Shown piece by piece: positions 17,822-27,092 of a DNA stretch of 27,620 nt; the first letter of the stretch is position 1; every line of letters begins with the position of its first letter. The notes under the pieces were generated by a model. That model was not told where the DNA came from. It did no database searches and saw only the letters and a list, made by a program, of their open reading frames with translations. The translations under genes were made by a program, and so were the position numbers. This stretch comes from a virus (taxonomy: Duplodnaviria > Caudoviricetes): positions 1-27,620 of the IMG/VR virus record IMGVR_UViG_3300026897_000032. One strand, 5' to 3'.

Positions 17822-18028
17822 TCACTTGCGGTTGCGGTGGCGCTTTACGGCCAGCCGTGCGGGTGTCTGTTTGACCTCGACAATGTCGCCATCGTCGAAG
17901 AGCCGGCGGTAATAGGGTTGCGACAGGTCAACCGCGGCGCCGCCAGGCGGCATGGCGCGGTTGTCGCGGTCGGGCATCGGAATCGTGAGGCCCGGCAGGG
18001 CAGGCCTGTAGGTCTTCGGTTTAGACAT
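17822..18028 (-). CDS. Small tail protein, Mu gp38/DUF2635-like
   Basis: PGLTIPMPDR...MPPGG..V....YYRRLFDDGDIVEV; immediately upstream of the sheath. Confidence 0.78.
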   Translation of the reverse strand: MSKPKTYRPALPGLTIPMPDRDNRAMPPGGAAVDLSQPYYRRLFDDGDIVEVKQTPARLAVKRHRNRK

Positions 18029-18102
18029 CGCTGCGATGCTCCGTTCGTGCGGCAAGGCCGCCGCCGAGGGATCGGCGGACGGATGGCGCTGCGGGTTCGT
18101 GA

Positions 18103-18834
18103 TCAGGTTTCGAGATTGACCGACGCGACCGGCTTGAACTCGGCAGCGCCGACAGGATTGGGTCCGATCGCAACCATCTCAAGGGGCGGACGCGGGTCGG
18201 CAACGAAATGCGCCGCAAGCTGATCGAGTTTGATCCGCGCATACGATCCTGCGGGCAGCAGAGCGGCAAGCGACCGGATCGGCTGGGGAAGTCCGCCGGC
18301 CTCGATGTCATATTCCTCTCCCGCGATGCCGCAGGTGAGCCGGATCGTGTTGCGCTGCCAGCGCAGCCCGAGCTGCGGCAGGGCGTGCGGTTCGACCTCG
18401 ATTATCCGGACGTTGCGGACAAACCTGCGGAACAGGTATCCCGCCTGGCTGTGGCACAGATGAAAGATCACCTGGCTGGACAGCGCCGACAGCACCATCC
18501 GCGCCTCGGGATCATCACTCGCCATCGCGTCGGTGAAGTCCTCTCCGTCCTGCTTCGCGGCCACCGCCAGTTCGGCGACGATCTCGAGTACTGCCTCGCT
18601 GTCGGCATCGTCGATCGCTGCCACGTCCCCGCGCAGTGTTGCTTTCGCCGATCCGGTGTAGAGCGACAGAACCGGCGTATAGGCCTTCGCCCCATCCAGT
18701 TCGCCGACGGCGGCCGCGCGAGAGTCGAAGACCATCCGGCCTGCAAGCGTCGGAAAGCCTGACCCCGCCTGCAGCGCCGCGTAAGGCGTCAGCACTTCGA
18801 TCGCGGCAAGCCGCATCGCCTCGGCGGAAAGCAT
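18103..18834 (-). CDS. Putative neck/tail-completion protein
   Basis: TLAGRMVFDSR...PVLSLYT pattern and position between the head-closure gene and gp38. Confidence 0.6.
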   Translation of the reverse strand: MLSAEAMRLAAIEVLTPYAALQAGSGFPTLAGRMVFDSRAAAVGELDGAKAYTPVLSLYTGSAKATLRGDVAAIDDADSEAVLEIVAELAVAAKQDGEDFTDAMASDDPEARMVLSALSSQVIFHLCHSQAGYLFRRFVRNVRIIEVEPHALPQLGLRWQRNTIRLTCGIAGEEYDIEAGGLPQPIRSLAALLPAGSYARIKLDQLAAHFVADPRPPLEMVAIGPNPVGAAEFKPVASVNLET

Positions 18835-19226
18835 CAGCGGAGCCTGTTCACATTGAAGGCGATCCGCACCGAACCATCGATCTCGCGCGTCATGATCGTC
18901 CAGTCCTCGTCGGTGGCCAGGTTACGAACCAGATCGCCGGTTCGCGGCAGATGCGGCCAGTTGGCCGAATGGGCCGAGATCACGCCCTCATAGGCGACGG
19001 CCCGGTCCCGCGCCGCCGGATCGCCGGAATTGCCCCGTCCGGATGGGAGGAACGGTGGGCCGAGATCGATCGACCCGGCGAAGTCGAACTCCACCCGGAC
19101 TGCATCGGGGACCGCGCCCTGATTGACGCTGACGCCAGCCTTCCGTGGCAAGACCCGGAACAAGCCTGTATCGAACACCGAGGCGACGCCACTCTCGAGC
19201 GCCGCCTCGGCGTCTGTCCAGTTCAT
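18834..19226 (-). CDS. Putative head-tail joining (head closure, FII-like) protein
   Basis: 130 aa after the capsid; PRTGDLV motif; function inferred from synteny. Confidence 0.6.
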   Translation of the reverse strand: MNWTDAEAALESGVASVFDTGLFRVLPRKAGVSVNQGAVPDAVRVEFDFAGSIDLGPPFLPSGRGNSGDPAARDRAVAYEGVISAHSANWPHLPRTGDLVRNLATDEDWTIMTREIDGSVRIAFNVNRLR

Positions 19227-19230
19227 CGGA

Positions 19231-20253
19231 TCAGGTCCGCTTGCCCTTCATCAGCACCTTCGGACGGGTGCAATACTGCAGCGCGTTGGTCTGGACTTCG
19301 AGACCGACACCCTTGCTGTTGTCCCACTCGACGGTCTTCATGTAGAGCCGCTTACCCATCGTGTTGACGGTTTCGATATAGTCGGCCGGTGCGTAGACCG
19401 ATTTGAACAGGCCCGGCGCGCCCGTCGGGAAGAAGTGCGCCTTGTCGCTCTCGACGAAGGACGTGCTCCCCACCGCGCCGCGATAGTTTTCCCAGATGAT
19501 GTTGCCGAACTCGAAGGTGCCGAACACGCCGGACTGTCCGTTGTCGACATAGCCGCGCCGCAGCTCCGAGGCTTCGGCCTGTGCGAGATAGCTCGCGCGA
19601 ACCTCGGGATGTGCGATCAGGTCGTCGAAGAAGGCGTCGCCGCATTCCGCACGGATGCCGCTGAACGGGACGGCGCCGAGATTGTTGGCTGTCGTGCGGT
19701 AGAGTGTTGCACACTTCTTGCGCAGGATACCAGGCGCCGGGTTGGCATTGTCGAGGTCGAAATCGATCTCGGCTTCTTGCGAGACGCCAAACTCGGTGAA
19801 CAGGTTGAGCGTCGTGCCATCGGCATAGGTGACAATGCCCTTGATCGCGCCGATGCGGTGATATTCTTCCGTCGCCGCGAACGACTGGGCATGATCGCTC
19901 ATCCGCTCATCGACCTTGCCCATCACCGTTTCCAGTTGGGTCTCGGTGCCGAAGGCGCGAACGCCCTGCACTTCGTCGGCGTAGATGGCGTCATCGATCT
20001 GGAAGTGCGGAACGCCGAGCATCTTGAGCGAGCGCTTCTTCTTCTCGACCGTCTGGCCGGGTCCGCCACGCGGCGACGGCTCAACCAGGACAAGGACGCC
20101 ATTGCGATTCTCGATTCCGACCGCCAGCGTGTTGATCGAGGCGGCCGAAAACAGACCGAGCCGTCCGATGTGACCGGGAACGTAGGGTGTATTGTTGATC
20201 GCTTCGGTCAGAGAGAAGACCGAGAACGGATCCTCATTGAAAATGTCCAGCAT
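19231..20253 (-). CDS. Major capsid protein (lambda gpE-like family)
   Basis: DPFSVFSLTEAIN..PYVPG.IGRLGLF, TEEYHRIGAIKG, PTGAPGLF...YAPAD, VQTNALQYCTRPKVL; AGGAG SD before ATG 20253. Confidence 0.93.
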   Translation of the reverse strand: MLDIFNEDPFSVFSLTEAINNTPYVPGHIGRLGLFSAASINTLAVGIENRNGVLVLVEPSPRGGPGQTVEKKKRSLKMLGVPHFQIDDAIYADEVQGVRAFGTETQLETVMGKVDERMSDHAQSFAATEEYHRIGAIKGIVTYADGTTLNLFTEFGVSQEAEIDFDLDNANPAPGILRKKCATLYRTTANNLGAVPFSGIRAECGDAFFDDLIAHPEVRASYLAQAEASELRRGYVDNGQSGVFGTFEFGNIIWENYRGAVGSTSFVESDKAHFFPTGAPGLFKSVYAPADYIETVNTMGKRLYMKTVEWDNSKGVGLEVQTNALQYCTRPKVLMKGKRT

Positions 20254-20307
20254 GGAAGGTCTCCTCAAGAGCTGGTTGCGGGACCGGTGTGACCCGGCGG
20301 ACAGGTG

Positions 20308-20967
20308 TTAGCGAACGATCAGATGTTTTTCGGCAAGCGACTGGATCGCGTTCGCCTTCTCGGCAGCGTCGATGTCAGCCGGCCATTCAAGGCATTTGCC
20401 GTTGAGCGCCGCCTCGCGGGCGATGATCGCGATCTTGCCGGTCGCGTCGGCGGGCGTCGTGATCCCGTAAAGCGCGATCGCATTGGCGATTTCCGATCCG
20501 TCCGTGCCGTCCTGGTTGAAGGCGACGAACTGGAAATCTTCCGTATTTGCCGCAACGTCGACATAGAAGCGGTCGCCAGCAACGTTTGGCGTGCCGCCTG
20601 CAGTGATCGTCAGCCGGATGCCGCCCTTGTTGAACAGCGCGCCATGCGTCGATACGCCGATAGGCTTTCCGGCAGGGTCTTCCCACTCGACCTTGGTCGC
20701 GGCGGTGGCGACACCGATGTAGCGGCCATCCCGCACTGCCGAGGTCACGGCCGTCGCATCCATGGCAATTGTGCCGGAAGATGCTGTGTTGCCGGCATCC
20801 GCCGATGCGGTCGCGACGACATCGGCCACGACAGCCTTGCGCGCCAGAACCGTGCCGGGCTTAATGGTCTGCGACACCGCCACAACGGCATTGTCGCGCG
20901 ACAGGTTGCCCGGCGCTTCGCTGAGCAGGAATTCGCCGGCATGCCGGCCTTCGATGAACGTGGTCAT
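20308..20967 (-). CDS. Head decoration protein (lambda gpD-like) with an inserted domain
   Basis: EGRHAGEFLLSEAPGNLSRD...PGTVL; DGSEIANAIALY; LAEKHLIVR C-terminus. Confidence 0.85.
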   Translation of the reverse strand: MTTFIEGRHAGEFLLSEAPGNLSRDNAVVAVSQTIKPGTVLARKAVVADVVATASADAGNTASSGTIAMDATAVTSAVRDGRYIGVATAATKVEWEDPAGKPIGVSTHGALFNKGGIRLTITAGGTPNVAGDRFYVDVAANTEDFQFVAFNQDGTDGSEIANAIALYGITTPADATGKIAIIAREAALNGKCLEWPADIDAAEKANAIQSLAEKHLIVR

Positions 20968-20994
20968 CCGACCCTCCGTTTGGTGTGAGTGTGA

Positions 20995-21504
20995 TCAGAC
21001 CTTCTTGCCGCGCTTGGCGCGGAAGTCGGCCCAGTTAATCGCCGCGCCCTGAGGCTTCTTTTCCCCCTGCGGCTTTGCCTGGCCGGCGGCGGCGACGCGG
21101 CTTGCGTCGTAGCCGGCGGCATCGACCTCGGCTGCGGGCTTTGCCGGCGCGACATTGGCGACGACAAAGGCAGCGACATCGGCTCCGGACATGCCGGGCG
21201 ATTTGACAGCGAGATCGAGCGCCGCCGACATGCGGCTGGCATCGCCCTTGACGCCCTCGGCGCCAAGCGCGGCGGACAGCCGCTCGGTCGCCGATGTTAC
21301 ACCGGCAGCATGGCCGGCGGTCCGCGCGGACGCGACGGCTGCGTCATGGTCGGCCTGCGAAATGCCCGCAGCTGGCTTGTTCTCTCCAGACATTTCTTGT
21401 CCTTTCATCGAGAGGGGCGCGGTTGCGCCGGTGGCGCCGGGTTCCGGCAATTCTTCATCGTCCGCGAGCATGGCTCCGCGGATCGCAGCGGTCAGGGATG
21501 GCAT
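20995..21504 (-). CDS. Putative capsid scaffolding protein (Nu3 position)
   Basis: Ala-rich helical protein between the S49 protease and decoration genes. Confidence 0.6.
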   Translation of the reverse strand: MPSLTAAIRGAMLADDEELPEPGATGATAPLSMKGQEMSGENKPAAGISQADHDAAVASARTAGHAAGVTSATERLSAALGAEGVKGDASRMSAALDLAVKSPGMSGADVAAFVVANVAPAKPAAEVDAAGYDASRVAAAGQAKPQGEKKPQGAAINWADFRAKRGKKV

Positions 21505-21505
21505 G

Positions 21506-22429
21506 TCAGATGCTCCGGTTGACTTCCTTGACGAAGGCGGCGAACGCCTCCTGTCCGTCGCCGATTGCGTCGGCGAGGCCGATCTTCACCGCGTCGGCGG
21601 CGGCGAACGTGTCCGCCTCGGTCTTCAGTGCCGCCGACTTGGTCATGCGCTTGCCGCGACCCTGGCCGACGATTTCCGCAAACCGGTCGCGCATCGTCTC
21701 GACCTCAACCTGCCACTTCTCGCGCAACCCTTCGGGCAAGGCCTGATACGGGTTTCCCTCGACCTTGTGCTTGCCGGCATGGATGAACGTGACCTTGATC
21801 CCGTCCTGCTCCAACATGCCGCTGAAATCGGCATGCATCATCACGACGCCGATCGATCCCGCGCCGCCAAATTCCGGCATGATGATCTGGCGCGCCTGGC
21901 TGGCCAGCAGGTAGCCGGCCGAATAGGCATAGTCGGTCAGGATCGCGATGGTCGGCTTCGCTTTTGACAGCGCTCGCATCGCGTTGGCGGTCTCGAACGC
22001 CCCGTTGACCTGGCCGCCGAAACTGTCGATTTCGAACACCACGGCCTTGACCTTCGGGCTTTTCGCCGCCCGCGCGATCTGGACTTGCAGCCCCTCGTAG
22101 GACGTCTCGCCCGAATTCGATCCGACCCAGCCGCCCTTCTGCACCAGCGTGCCCTCGACGGCGATGATGGCCACTCCATCGACCAGCATGAATGGCGTCG
22201 CTTCCGCGCGATCATAAGAACGCCCCAGCCTGTCGCCAATCACGCCAGCGCTTGGCCGTCCTGCGGCGAAGGCGACATGGTCGACGCCGCCTTGCGCGTT
22301 GACGATCGTCAGCGGCGCGCCCGTCAGGCGCGGGCCCATCTGCTGCACCAGGGTCTCCGCCTTGCGCGGATCGTATAGATGCGGCTGGTTGAACAGCCGC
22401 GCGCTGATCCGCTCGTATGCGAGGTCCAT
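21506..22429 (-). CDS. S49-family prohead maturation protease (lambda gpC-like)
   Basis: GVAIIAVEGTLV, IDSFGGQVNG, AYSAGYLLASQA, GSIGVVMMH, AVKIGLADAI. Confidence 0.92.
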   Translation of the reverse strand: MDLAYERISARLFNQPHLYDPRKAETLVQQMGPRLTGAPLTIVNAQGGVDHVAFAAGRPSAGVIGDRLGRSYDRAEATPFMLVDGVAIIAVEGTLVQKGGWVGSNSGETSYEGLQVQIARAAKSPKVKAVVFEIDSFGGQVNGAFETANAMRALSKAKPTIAILTDYAYSAGYLLASQARQIIMPEFGGAGSIGVVMMHADFSGMLEQDGIKVTFIHAGKHKVEGNPYQALPEGLREKWQVEVETMRDRFAEIVGQGRGKRMTKSAALKTEADTFAAADAVKIGLADAIGDGQEAFAAFVKEVNRSI

Positions 22430-22439
22430 GTCTCGATCC

Positions 22440-22715
22440 TCAACAGAAGCGCATCGACTTGGCGTAGCGCGACCGCTTGCCGCCGCCGGTCTTTGCCGTG
22501 CACGCCGCCGACAGCGCCATCAGTTCGGCGTCGAGCGCCGCCATGTTGGTGGCTGAAAGCTTGATCCGGCGCTGCGACACCGAGGAGCGGATCTCTGTTT
22601 CCTCGACACGCTCGCCGGCCAGCATCTTCAACTTCTGGGCATAGAGCGCGGTGTAGAGTGCGCACGGATCGTCCTGGTCGACGGACGCGCCACCGATCGT
22701 GATCAGCGTCGGCAT
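22440..22715 (-). CDS. Head completion/adaptor protein (lambda gpW-like)
   Basis: 91 aa; helix-hairpin-helix pattern (LKMLAGERVEETEIRS...NMAALDAELMAL); adjacent to portal. Confidence 0.6.
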   Translation of the reverse strand: MPTLITIGGASVDQDDPCALYTALYAQKLKMLAGERVEETEIRSSVSQRRIKLSATNMAALDAELMALSAACTAKTGGGKRSRYAKSMRFC

Positions 22716-24313
22716 CAGACCTTGTCCTTCTTGCGGGCAGGCTCAGCCTCGGCATCATCCTTGCCGCCGCCCGTCGCTCTGACAAACGGTGAGGGCATGC
22801 CGGCATCAATGTAGCGTTTGTGCTGCCGCTTGCGGCGCTCGAACATCTCCTCGGCATCGACGCCGATCTCGGCGCATTCAACCTCGAGGTCCGATGTCCC
22901 GTTCGCCAACCGCTCCGTTGCCGCCTTGGCGCTCTTCAGGTCGTCGGCAGACGGCTTGGCCGGTCCCTGCCACAGCGCCCAGGAAACCTTGTCGCGGTTC
23001 GCCGCGAAGGCCGCATAGCCGCCCTTGAACGGAATTTGTCCGGCGCCGATCGCCTCGTCCAGCGACGCCTCGTAGATCATCTGGGCGGTCGCGCCCGCAA
23101 TCCGCTCACGGCGGCGCAGCACCACCGGCCAGATCGAGGAATTCTCCATTCGCACCGACGAGTAGGTTGCATCGGTATGGTCCATCGTCAGGCCGCCATA
23201 GGTGATGCCGATGGCGCGGGCCATGTCGCGTGACAGTTCCGCCGACACCGGCAAAAACTGCGGCCCGGGCGTCTGCGCTGTGTGCAGGTCGAACGACTCT
23301 CCCGGCGCCAGGTGCGAAACCCGAGGATCGCCGGACACGGTGATCTCGCCTTCCCGTGCGCGTTCCATCGCGCCGGCGAAATAGCCCATGAATTCGTTCA
23401 TCATGTCCGTCTTGGCCGACCCCTGCAGCGTCTCGATCGCCTCAAAGGCCTCCGCGCTCGGACTGGCCGACGTCAGCGTGGCGGCGAAGATCGTCTGCAG
23501 GATCGCCGTCTGGATCGTCGTGTCGACGAGTATCTCGTGCTGGATGTGCTTGCGGAACCCCGCCGCCATCCGGCTGATGCCGCGCACGTCGGTCGCATCC
23601 ATCGGGTCGAAGACATGGATCACGTGTGGCCGCCCGTCGCGATCCAGCGCCAGGTAGTCCTTCGTCGTCATCATCCCGTCCGCCTTCTCGCGGAAACGGT
23701 AGGCGACAGGCCTGCCCAGCGCGTCATGGATGACACCCTGGAACATACCCTCGAATTCGCTGGTATCCTGCACCAGCCGGGTCGGCGGGATCATGCAGAC
23801 CTTCGTGCCGGTCTTGACCCCATAGTGCCGCCGCTGCGCCGGCCCCATGTAGGACATCACGCCGGTCACTTCGCCGTATGCCATGTCCCAACGCAGCGCC
23901 ACGTCGATCATCTGCGGCACGGTGAGCTTGCCGCGCAGGTCGCACTCGCGCGGGTTCCAGGACCAGCGCTTCCACCATGCCTTGACCAGCTTGACGAAAG
24001 CTGCGGTCTCCGCCTCGTCATAGCCGAGGCCGGACAGGTCCGGCTGCGGGTTGAGCACCAATTCCGAACCAACCGTGTCGGCGATCACCTGGTCGGCTGC
24101 GCCGCGCAAGCGGCCGGAATTCTGGATCAGGTCGATCGCCAGCCCGGCCGACCGGCGCCACGCCGCGGCAATGTCGTCGCGGCTCTCGCGCAGGATGGCC
24201 GGGCGCGTGTTGATGACCCCCGAGCGCGTGTCGCGCAGATAGCCTGCAGTCGGGCGCACCGGTGCCAGCGCGGACGAGCCCGCTGGCACCCTGATGCGTG
24301 GCTTGCCGCTCAT
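22715..24313 (-). CDS. Portal protein, lambda family
   Basis: DLIQNSG, VIHVFDP....VRGIS, HLAPGE, TYSSVRM, DDLKSAKA; ATG 24313 overlaps the TerL stop (ATGA). Confidence 0.93.
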   Translation of the reverse strand: MSGKPRIRVPAGSSALAPVRPTAGYLRDTRSGVINTRPAILRESRDDIAAAWRRSAGLAIDLIQNSGRLRGAADQVIADTVGSELVLNPQPDLSGLGYDEAETAAFVKLVKAWWKRWSWNPRECDLRGKLTVPQMIDVALRWDMAYGEVTGVMSYMGPAQRRHYGVKTGTKVCMIPPTRLVQDTSEFEGMFQGVIHDALGRPVAYRFREKADGMMTTKDYLALDRDGRPHVIHVFDPMDATDVRGISRMAAGFRKHIQHEILVDTTIQTAILQTIFAATLTSASPSAEAFEAIETLQGSAKTDMMNEFMGYFAGAMERAREGEITVSGDPRVSHLAPGESFDLHTAQTPGPQFLPVSAELSRDMARAIGITYGGLTMDHTDATYSSVRMENSSIWPVVLRRRERIAGATAQMIYEASLDEAIGAGQIPFKGGYAAFAANRDKVSWALWQGPAKPSADDLKSAKAATERLANGTSDLEVECAEIGVDAEEMFERRKRQHKRYIDAGMPSPFVRATGGGKDDAEAEPARKKDKV

Positions 24314-26334
24314 TTCCGCCTTGCCCATGCGCTGCGTTTCGCAGCGAGATCAGTGTTAGCCGGTGTGATCGCCGGCGGCGCAACTTCGGTTCGGGCAGCC
24401 AGCTTTTCGCTGGGAGCCGAAAACATGTCGACCTGCCGCCCGGGCGTCCGGCTCGACCGCAACCGCGCCCAGTCGTCGCGCGTCATCTTCGACAGGCCAA
24501 GCAACTCTGCCATCGCCATCGCGTAGATGCGGCAGTCGAGAAAGTGATTGTCGCGCCGCGTCCTCTTCCATTCCTCGACGAGACGCCCGCGCACCATCTC
24601 CTGCACGAAATGCTCGGCTGTGATCTGGAGGAAGTATTCCTCGCCCATCCAGTCGCCGAAATGGCAGTAGCCGGGCGGGTCCGCAGACTCGCCGCCGGCA
24701 AGGCCGAACTTGTGCAGATTGCCGAAGAACTCGCCCTTCAGCCCCCAGGTGCCGACCGGCCATGACAGCGCGCTGCCATATTTCTGCCGCTTGCCGCTCT
24801 TGCGGACCGACTTCTTCGTCGGCACGCTGATCGCTGGCACGCCGCGCCCCTTAACGCCGCGCACCGCGTAGCAACGGTCGTGCCGTCGGCACCATTCCTG
24901 CACCTGCGTGGTGCGGTTGCCGTCGCCTGCGTCGACCGCCAGAGCCTCGATCTCTCGATCGACGGCGAACCCATCCCGGAACTTCGTTGCCCGGAACTCC
25001 CCGAGCTTCACCCACGCGCCCGCGTTCGGATCGTCCGTTGCGCCTTCGAAGAAGTCGATCGTCACCGACCAGCTCTGTCGGTCTTCGCCGAAGGCGACCG
25101 CCTCGACATAGATCCCGTCATGCTGCACGTCGGCGCCCGCGACGAAGATCAGTCCGTCCGCCGGCACAACATATTGAAGATAGGCCTCGCGGCGCTCCAT
25201 CAGCCGCTTGTGATCCGGCGCATTGCCGCGCTCGGCATAGGGCAGCCCAAGCGTCCGGTTGAAGAACCCCTTCAGCCCCGCCTCGCCCGCCCCGACTTTT
25301 TCGGCCTCGATCAGGTTCTCGGCGATGTCGCCATAGCTCATCATCAGCGAGATGAAGGCATCGACATGGAACCCGGGATGCCGGTCAGGCGCCTCGGCAG
25401 TTGCGATGAAGCGCCCCGCCCTGACCGCCGCGACACGCTCCATTTCACTGATCGGATAGTTGCAGGCCGGGCAGCCCATGACTGTCCGATGCGGATGAAC
25501 CCGATCGACCACCATAAGCTCGAACCTCTGTACAAACTCCTCGCCGCATTGCGGACAGGCAATGTGCCAGAACCGCTGGTCTGACCGGCGAAACGATCGG
25601 TCGACCCTGCAGTGTCCCGGTCCGTCGCCGAGCGGATCGCCACTGTCGACTTCAGGGGTCGACAATTCGAGGATCTTGTAGCTGCGCACCCGGCGAAACG
25701 CCGTGAAGCGGCCGAAGAACAGTTCATCCGGGTCATCGCCGGAAGGTGTGTTCTGCCACTTGGAGAACTCGTCCTTGACCCCGAACCGGCTGGTCTTGCC
25801 GGACAGTTCCATCGCGACATTCGCGTTGGCGAGGTCGATCGCTCCGCCCGGGAAACCCTTCTTGTATGTCGTCGACCCAGCGCCCGACCGCGACACGGTC
25901 GGGAAGATGATCCGCTTGCCGGTACGCCTCTGCCACGCGTCTATCAGCGGCTGCAGTTTGAGCCCGTTCATTTCCTGTAGCGCGTCGAGCCCCGGCACGC
26001 CGTAGAGCACGTTGTCCGGACAGACTTCCGCAATGTAGAGCGACCAGGCGAGCGCCAGGATCGAGACGCCGGTCTGCTGGCTCTTGCGCACCGTCACCAG
26101 GTTGCACGCATGCTCCTGGCTCAGGCAGTCGGCGATCGGCCCGAGATATGGCGCGTCCGCTTCGCTCCACAATTCGCCGCGCCGCGGTCCGTCGACCAGT
26201 TCGATGTTCTGCGCGATCCAGCGGCGGAACGGTTCCGGCGGCGTCGGCCGGATCGATGCCGACAGTCTCCCTGTCACCAGCGCGAGGCCGCCGACATGCT
26301 GGCCGGACAGCAATGGGACCTGGTCGCCGCTCAC
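24310..26334 (-). CDS. terL: Terminase large subunit, GpA family
   Basis: Walker A-like KSQQTGVS, Walker B KDE, STP motif, CPQC/CPAC Zn motif, GADVQ, AVDAGDG, RRDNHFLDCRIYA. Confidence 0.95.
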   Translation of the reverse strand: MSGDQVPLLSGQHVGGLALVTGRLSASIRPTPPEPFRRWIAQNIELVDGPRRGELWSEADAPYLGPIADCLSQEHACNLVTVRKSQQTGVSILALAWSLYIAEVCPDNVLYGVPGLDALQEMNGLKLQPLIDAWQRRTGKRIIFPTVSRSGAGSTTYKKGFPGGAIDLANANVAMELSGKTSRFGVKDEFSKWQNTPSGDDPDELFFGRFTAFRRVRSYKILELSTPEVDSGDPLGDGPGHCRVDRSFRRSDQRFWHIACPQCGEEFVQRFELMVVDRVHPHRTVMGCPACNYPISEMERVAAVRAGRFIATAEAPDRHPGFHVDAFISLMMSYGDIAENLIEAEKVGAGEAGLKGFFNRTLGLPYAERGNAPDHKRLMERREAYLQYVVPADGLIFVAGADVQHDGIYVEAVAFGEDRQSWSVTIDFFEGATDDPNAGAWVKLGEFRATKFRDGFAVDREIEALAVDAGDGNRTTQVQEWCRRHDRCYAVRGVKGRGVPAISVPTKKSVRKSGKRQKYGSALSWPVGTWGLKGEFFGNLHKFGLAGGESADPPGYCHFGDWMGEEYFLQITAEHFVQEMVRGRLVEEWKRTRRDNHFLDCRIYAMAMAELLGLSKMTRDDWARLRSSRTPGRQVDMFSAPSEKLAARTEVAPPAITPANTDLAAKRSAWARRK

Positions 26335-26945
26335 GCGGGATCCTCCATCATCTCGTCGCCGGCAGGCGCAGCAGCAGCGATCTCGCCCAGCCTGTTGGCG
26401 ATCTGTTCGGCGAGTTCGAAGGCGATCGTCCGGAGCATCGAGCGCGCCCCGAACTGGCCTTCCTTCGACACCGCGAGCGCAATATCGTCAGCCCGGTTCG
26501 GCAGCCGCATGATGATCGCCTGGATTTCCCGGCCAGCGATCGTCTGCGCCTCCGCGATCACGTCGGCGCGGACCAGCTGCTTCAGTTCTTCCTGGTGACG
26601 CAATTTCTCGCGCGTCACCTTCAGCCATTCGTTCTGGCGGCGCGCTTCTTCGAAAGAGTCTGCCTGCGGACCACGAGCACCAGCAGCCGCCCCACGCTCG
26701 CCGCCACCCTCGCCTTCGGCATCCGCCGACCGGGCAACGGATTTCGCCGGATTGGTGAACCGCTCGCGGGCATGTTCGAAATGCGCCAGCGACACCCGGA
26801 CGATCCGCCCGCGCCCATCGCGCTCGACCGGCACGTCGCCGGCCTCGACCAGCCGTTTCAGCACTTTCGAGACGGCCTGCTTCGAAACGCCCTGCAGCAC
26901 AGCAATCTCGCCGACCGTCCGCCACACCAGCGGTTCGGCATTCAT
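26331..26945 (-). CDS. terS: Terminase small subunit (Nu1-like, N-terminal HTH)
   Basis: GEIAVLQGVSKQAVSK HTH; coiled coil then LVRAD; GTGA overlap with TerL; AGAGG SD before ATG 26945. Confidence 0.8.
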   Translation of the reverse strand: MNAEPLVWRTVGEIAVLQGVSKQAVSKVLKRLVEAGDVPVERDGRGRIVRVSLAHFEHARERFTNPAKSVARSADAEGEGGGERGAAAGARGPQADSFEEARRQNEWLKVTREKLRHQEELKQLVRADVIAEAQTIAGREIQAIIMRLPNRADDIALAVSKEGQFGARSMLRTIAFELAEQIANRLGEIAAAAPAGDEMMEDPA

Positions 26946-26949
26946 CGTT

Positions 26950-27002
26950 TCAACCTCTGTCAACCGCCGCGCGGGCGTCGCGTCAACCCTGTCAACCCAA
27001 CC
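26950..27002 (-). repeat. Cluster of GGTTGAC direct repeats (cosB-like candidate)
   Basis: GTCAACC on the + strand at 26959, 26982 and 26991, plus TCAACC at 26950 and CAACC at 26998. Confidence 0.7.
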
Positions 27003-27021
27003 TCGCGGCCTGCGAGACTGA

Positions 27022-27075
27022 CAAGAACCCGGGACGCCCCGGCACCGCTTGGGGTTGGAAGGGGGATACGGTCCC
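27022..27075 (-). other. Putative cos site (cosQ-like 27075-27069; cosN-like 27045-27034)
   Basis: GGGACCG-N23-GTGCCGGGGCGT-CCCGGGTTCTTG parallels lambda GGGTCCT-N23-GGGCGGCGACCT-CGCGGGTTTTCG and lies just upstream of terS. Confidence 0.6.
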
Positions 27076-27092
27076 TATTGGGGGGGGTATGG

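Noticed and set aside
7491-18028. Tailocin, eCIS/T6SS or gene transfer agent
   Set aside because: A full head/packaging module, cos-like site and att site indicate a true prophage
7491-18028. Transposable Mu-like phage
   Set aside because: Only the tail is Mu-like; GpA terminase, cos-like site and tRNA att indicate site-specific integration
21500-21512. prfB-like +1 frameshift fusing the S49 protease to the scaffold (ATC TGA C ATG)
   Set aside because: The codon before the stop is not slippery (not CTT); simple re-initiation at the adjacent ATG explains it
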